In this document: positions 62,090 through 64,000 of the stretch, piece after piece
How the letters are laid out: each line of letters begins with the position of its first letter
How positions within the stretch are numbered: position 1 is the stretch's first letter
From: Anolis carolinensis
Taxonomy: Eukaryota
DNA: 64,000 bases
Reading direction: 5' to 3'
Assembly: GCF_035594765.1 (NCBI RefSeq)
Contig: NW_026943822.1
Coordinates: 23,702,800 to 23,766,799 of the forward strand
Translations under genes and position numbers: made by a program
Notes under the pieces: generated by a model
Databases searched by the model: none
What the model was told of the DNA's origin: nothing
The model's input: the letters and a program-made list of their open reading frames with translations, nothing else

Positions 62090-63850
62090 GGTCAGGCCTT
62101 TCCCGGCTGAGGAAGAAAGAGGCGCCATTTTGTTACCTCAGAAGCTGAAATTCCAGCTTTTCCCTTATTCATTTGCTTTCATTTTCTTTTTAGTTCGTTA
62201 CATTGTAATTAAGAATGAAACATTTCCTTGTGTTTTGTTTTATTTTGATTCCCACCTTTCCCCCAGAAGAGGCAAAAGCTGGCCTTTTCCTAGTGGTTTC
62301 ATTTGATTTTCCTTTAACTTGTTACATTGTATTTTGAATAAACAAAAACGTTTCCTTTTTTGTTTCTTTTCCATTCCCGTCCCCTTGCTTCAGGATACTG
62401 ACTTTGCCATTGATCTGAGTCCATTTCTGGTTCATTTTAAATCTTTAATTTTGGAAAAATGCTTCTGTATTTCACTTTCGAGGCTTCTTTCATGTTCATA
62501 ATTTACCTCAGGAAAAAAAACGAGGAGGAGCCGCCATTGCTATTCCTGCCTCAAACTGCCAGCCTTTTCTAATTCCTGTGATTCCATTTCTCCTTCTTTT
62601 ATGTCATTCTAATATACATATATATTATATATATATTTTTCTTCTTTTATATTATTTTATCCTTATTTCACTTTCAATGTCTTCCTGGTTTTAATTTATC
62701 TCATGCTCAACCTTCTCCCTGTTTAGGCGGGAAAGTGGAGGAGGATGAGGCGCCATGTTTATTTATTCTCTCCTCACATTTTCCTCATTGTTTTGTCCTT
62801 TATTTTCCTTTATTTTATCTGATTTTAATCCATTTTTAAACATATTTTTAATTTCAAATCATTTCATTCTTATCTCACTTTGAAAGACTCCCTTCATTTC
62901 AATTTATCTCATGGTCGTCGGCCATTTGCCTGATTGAAGCGGGAACGAAGAGAAGGAAGCCACATCTTTATTTAGTCTCTCCTCAAATTGCTACCATTTT
63001 CCTCATTGTTTTGTCCATTTTCCTTTATTTTTATATCATTTTAACCAATTTTTAAACATTTATTTCATTTTTATCTCACTTTCAATGCTACCTTCATTTC
63101 AATTTATCTCATGGTCGTCGGCCATTTGCCTGCTTGAGGCGGGAAGGAGAAGGAGATGCCATCTTTGTTCCCGCCTCAAAAATACTACCTTTTCCCAATT
63201 GTTTTGACTAATTCCTCCTTATTTTATGTAATTCCGACATTTATTTCTTTGGTTTATTTCACATTATCTCAATTTTATTTCACTTTCAATGTTTCTTTCA
63301 TGTCAGTTTGCCTCATAGCTGAGCCAGGAAAGTGGAGGAGGAGGAGGAGGAGCCGCCATCTTTATTCTCGCCTCAAAAGGCTCCTTTCCTCCATTGTTTT
63401 GACTCATTTCCTCTTATTTTATATTATTTTAAAACACATTCTCCATTTCACATTATTCCATTTTTTATTTCATCTTTATTTCCCATAATTTCATCGTATT
63501 TTCCCCCTAAATGCTTCAAGTTCATTCACGGCCAGCCTTTTCCCTGTTTAGGCAGGAAAGTGGAGAAGAAGGAGACGCCATCTTGGTTCTCACCTCAAAA
63601 GGCTCCTTTCCTCCATTGTTTTGACTCATTTCCTCTTATTTTATATCATTTTAAAACACATTCTCCATTTCACATTATTCCATTTTTTATTTCATCTTTA
63701 TTTCCCATAATTTCATCGTATTTTCCCCCTAAATGCTTCAAGTCAATTCACGGCCAGCCTTTTCCCTGTTTAGGCGGGAAAATGGAGAAGAAGGAGACGC
63801 CATCTTGGTTCTCGCCTTAAAGTGCTTCCTTTCTCCCATTGTTTTGATTC
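62090..63850 (+). repeat. Degenerate ~200-220-bp tandem repeat; each unit has a purine-rich segment and a YY1-like GCCATNTT motif
   Basis: YY1-like motifs at about 62121, 62530, 62749, 62959, 63155, 63352, 63574 and 63796. The last two units are near-identical with a 222-bp period. Confidence 0.8.
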
Positions 63851-64000
63851 ACTTTCCTCTTACTTTGTGTCACTGATACATTTTTAACATTTTTTTCATC
63901 CCAAGCTGTTTCATTCTTACATCAGTGTAGTCCTAACATGCTGTTATTTTTATTATTTCATTCTTATTTCTAATATTATTAGTAGTGTATTGTGTATTGT

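Noticed and set aside
63156-63820. ORFs of 110 and 162 aa in the terminal repeat array
   Set aside because: The 162-aa ORF starts at a non-ATG codon and is internally duplicated by the tandem repeat; both are low-complexity and have no splice support.

Overview
Vertebrate genomic DNA, almost certainly from an anole lizard (Anolis), judged by Sauria SINEs, Penelope-like elements, Dong/R4 LINEs, Helitrons and mariner/hAT MITEs. I assembled five known genes exon by exon from GT-AG junctions: LRRC49 (-, 5' part, runs off the left edge), LARP6 (+, head-to-head with LRRC49), ADAL/MAPDA (-), TM2D3 (-) and TARS3/TARSL2 (-). Between LARP6 and ADAL lies a five-exon, phase-consistent 97-aa gene on the + strand (22000-27003) that I do not recognise and that the ORF track cannot show; it appears to share an overlapping bidirectional poly(A) signal with ADAL. 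Other notable features: minimal hammerhead-ribozyme motifs in Penelope-like ends (three with intact cores); a ~200-bp-period array of YY1 (often with E2F-like) motifs downstream of a TATA/CCAAT promoter divergent from TARS3; a 2.3-kb satellite between the LRRC49 and LARP6 promoters; and many microsatellite-anchored tandem amplifications, including seven copies of a Dong LINE 3' end. Coordinates were read by hand and may be off by a few bases for repeats. Comparisons to human proteins and gene order are from memory, not from a search.
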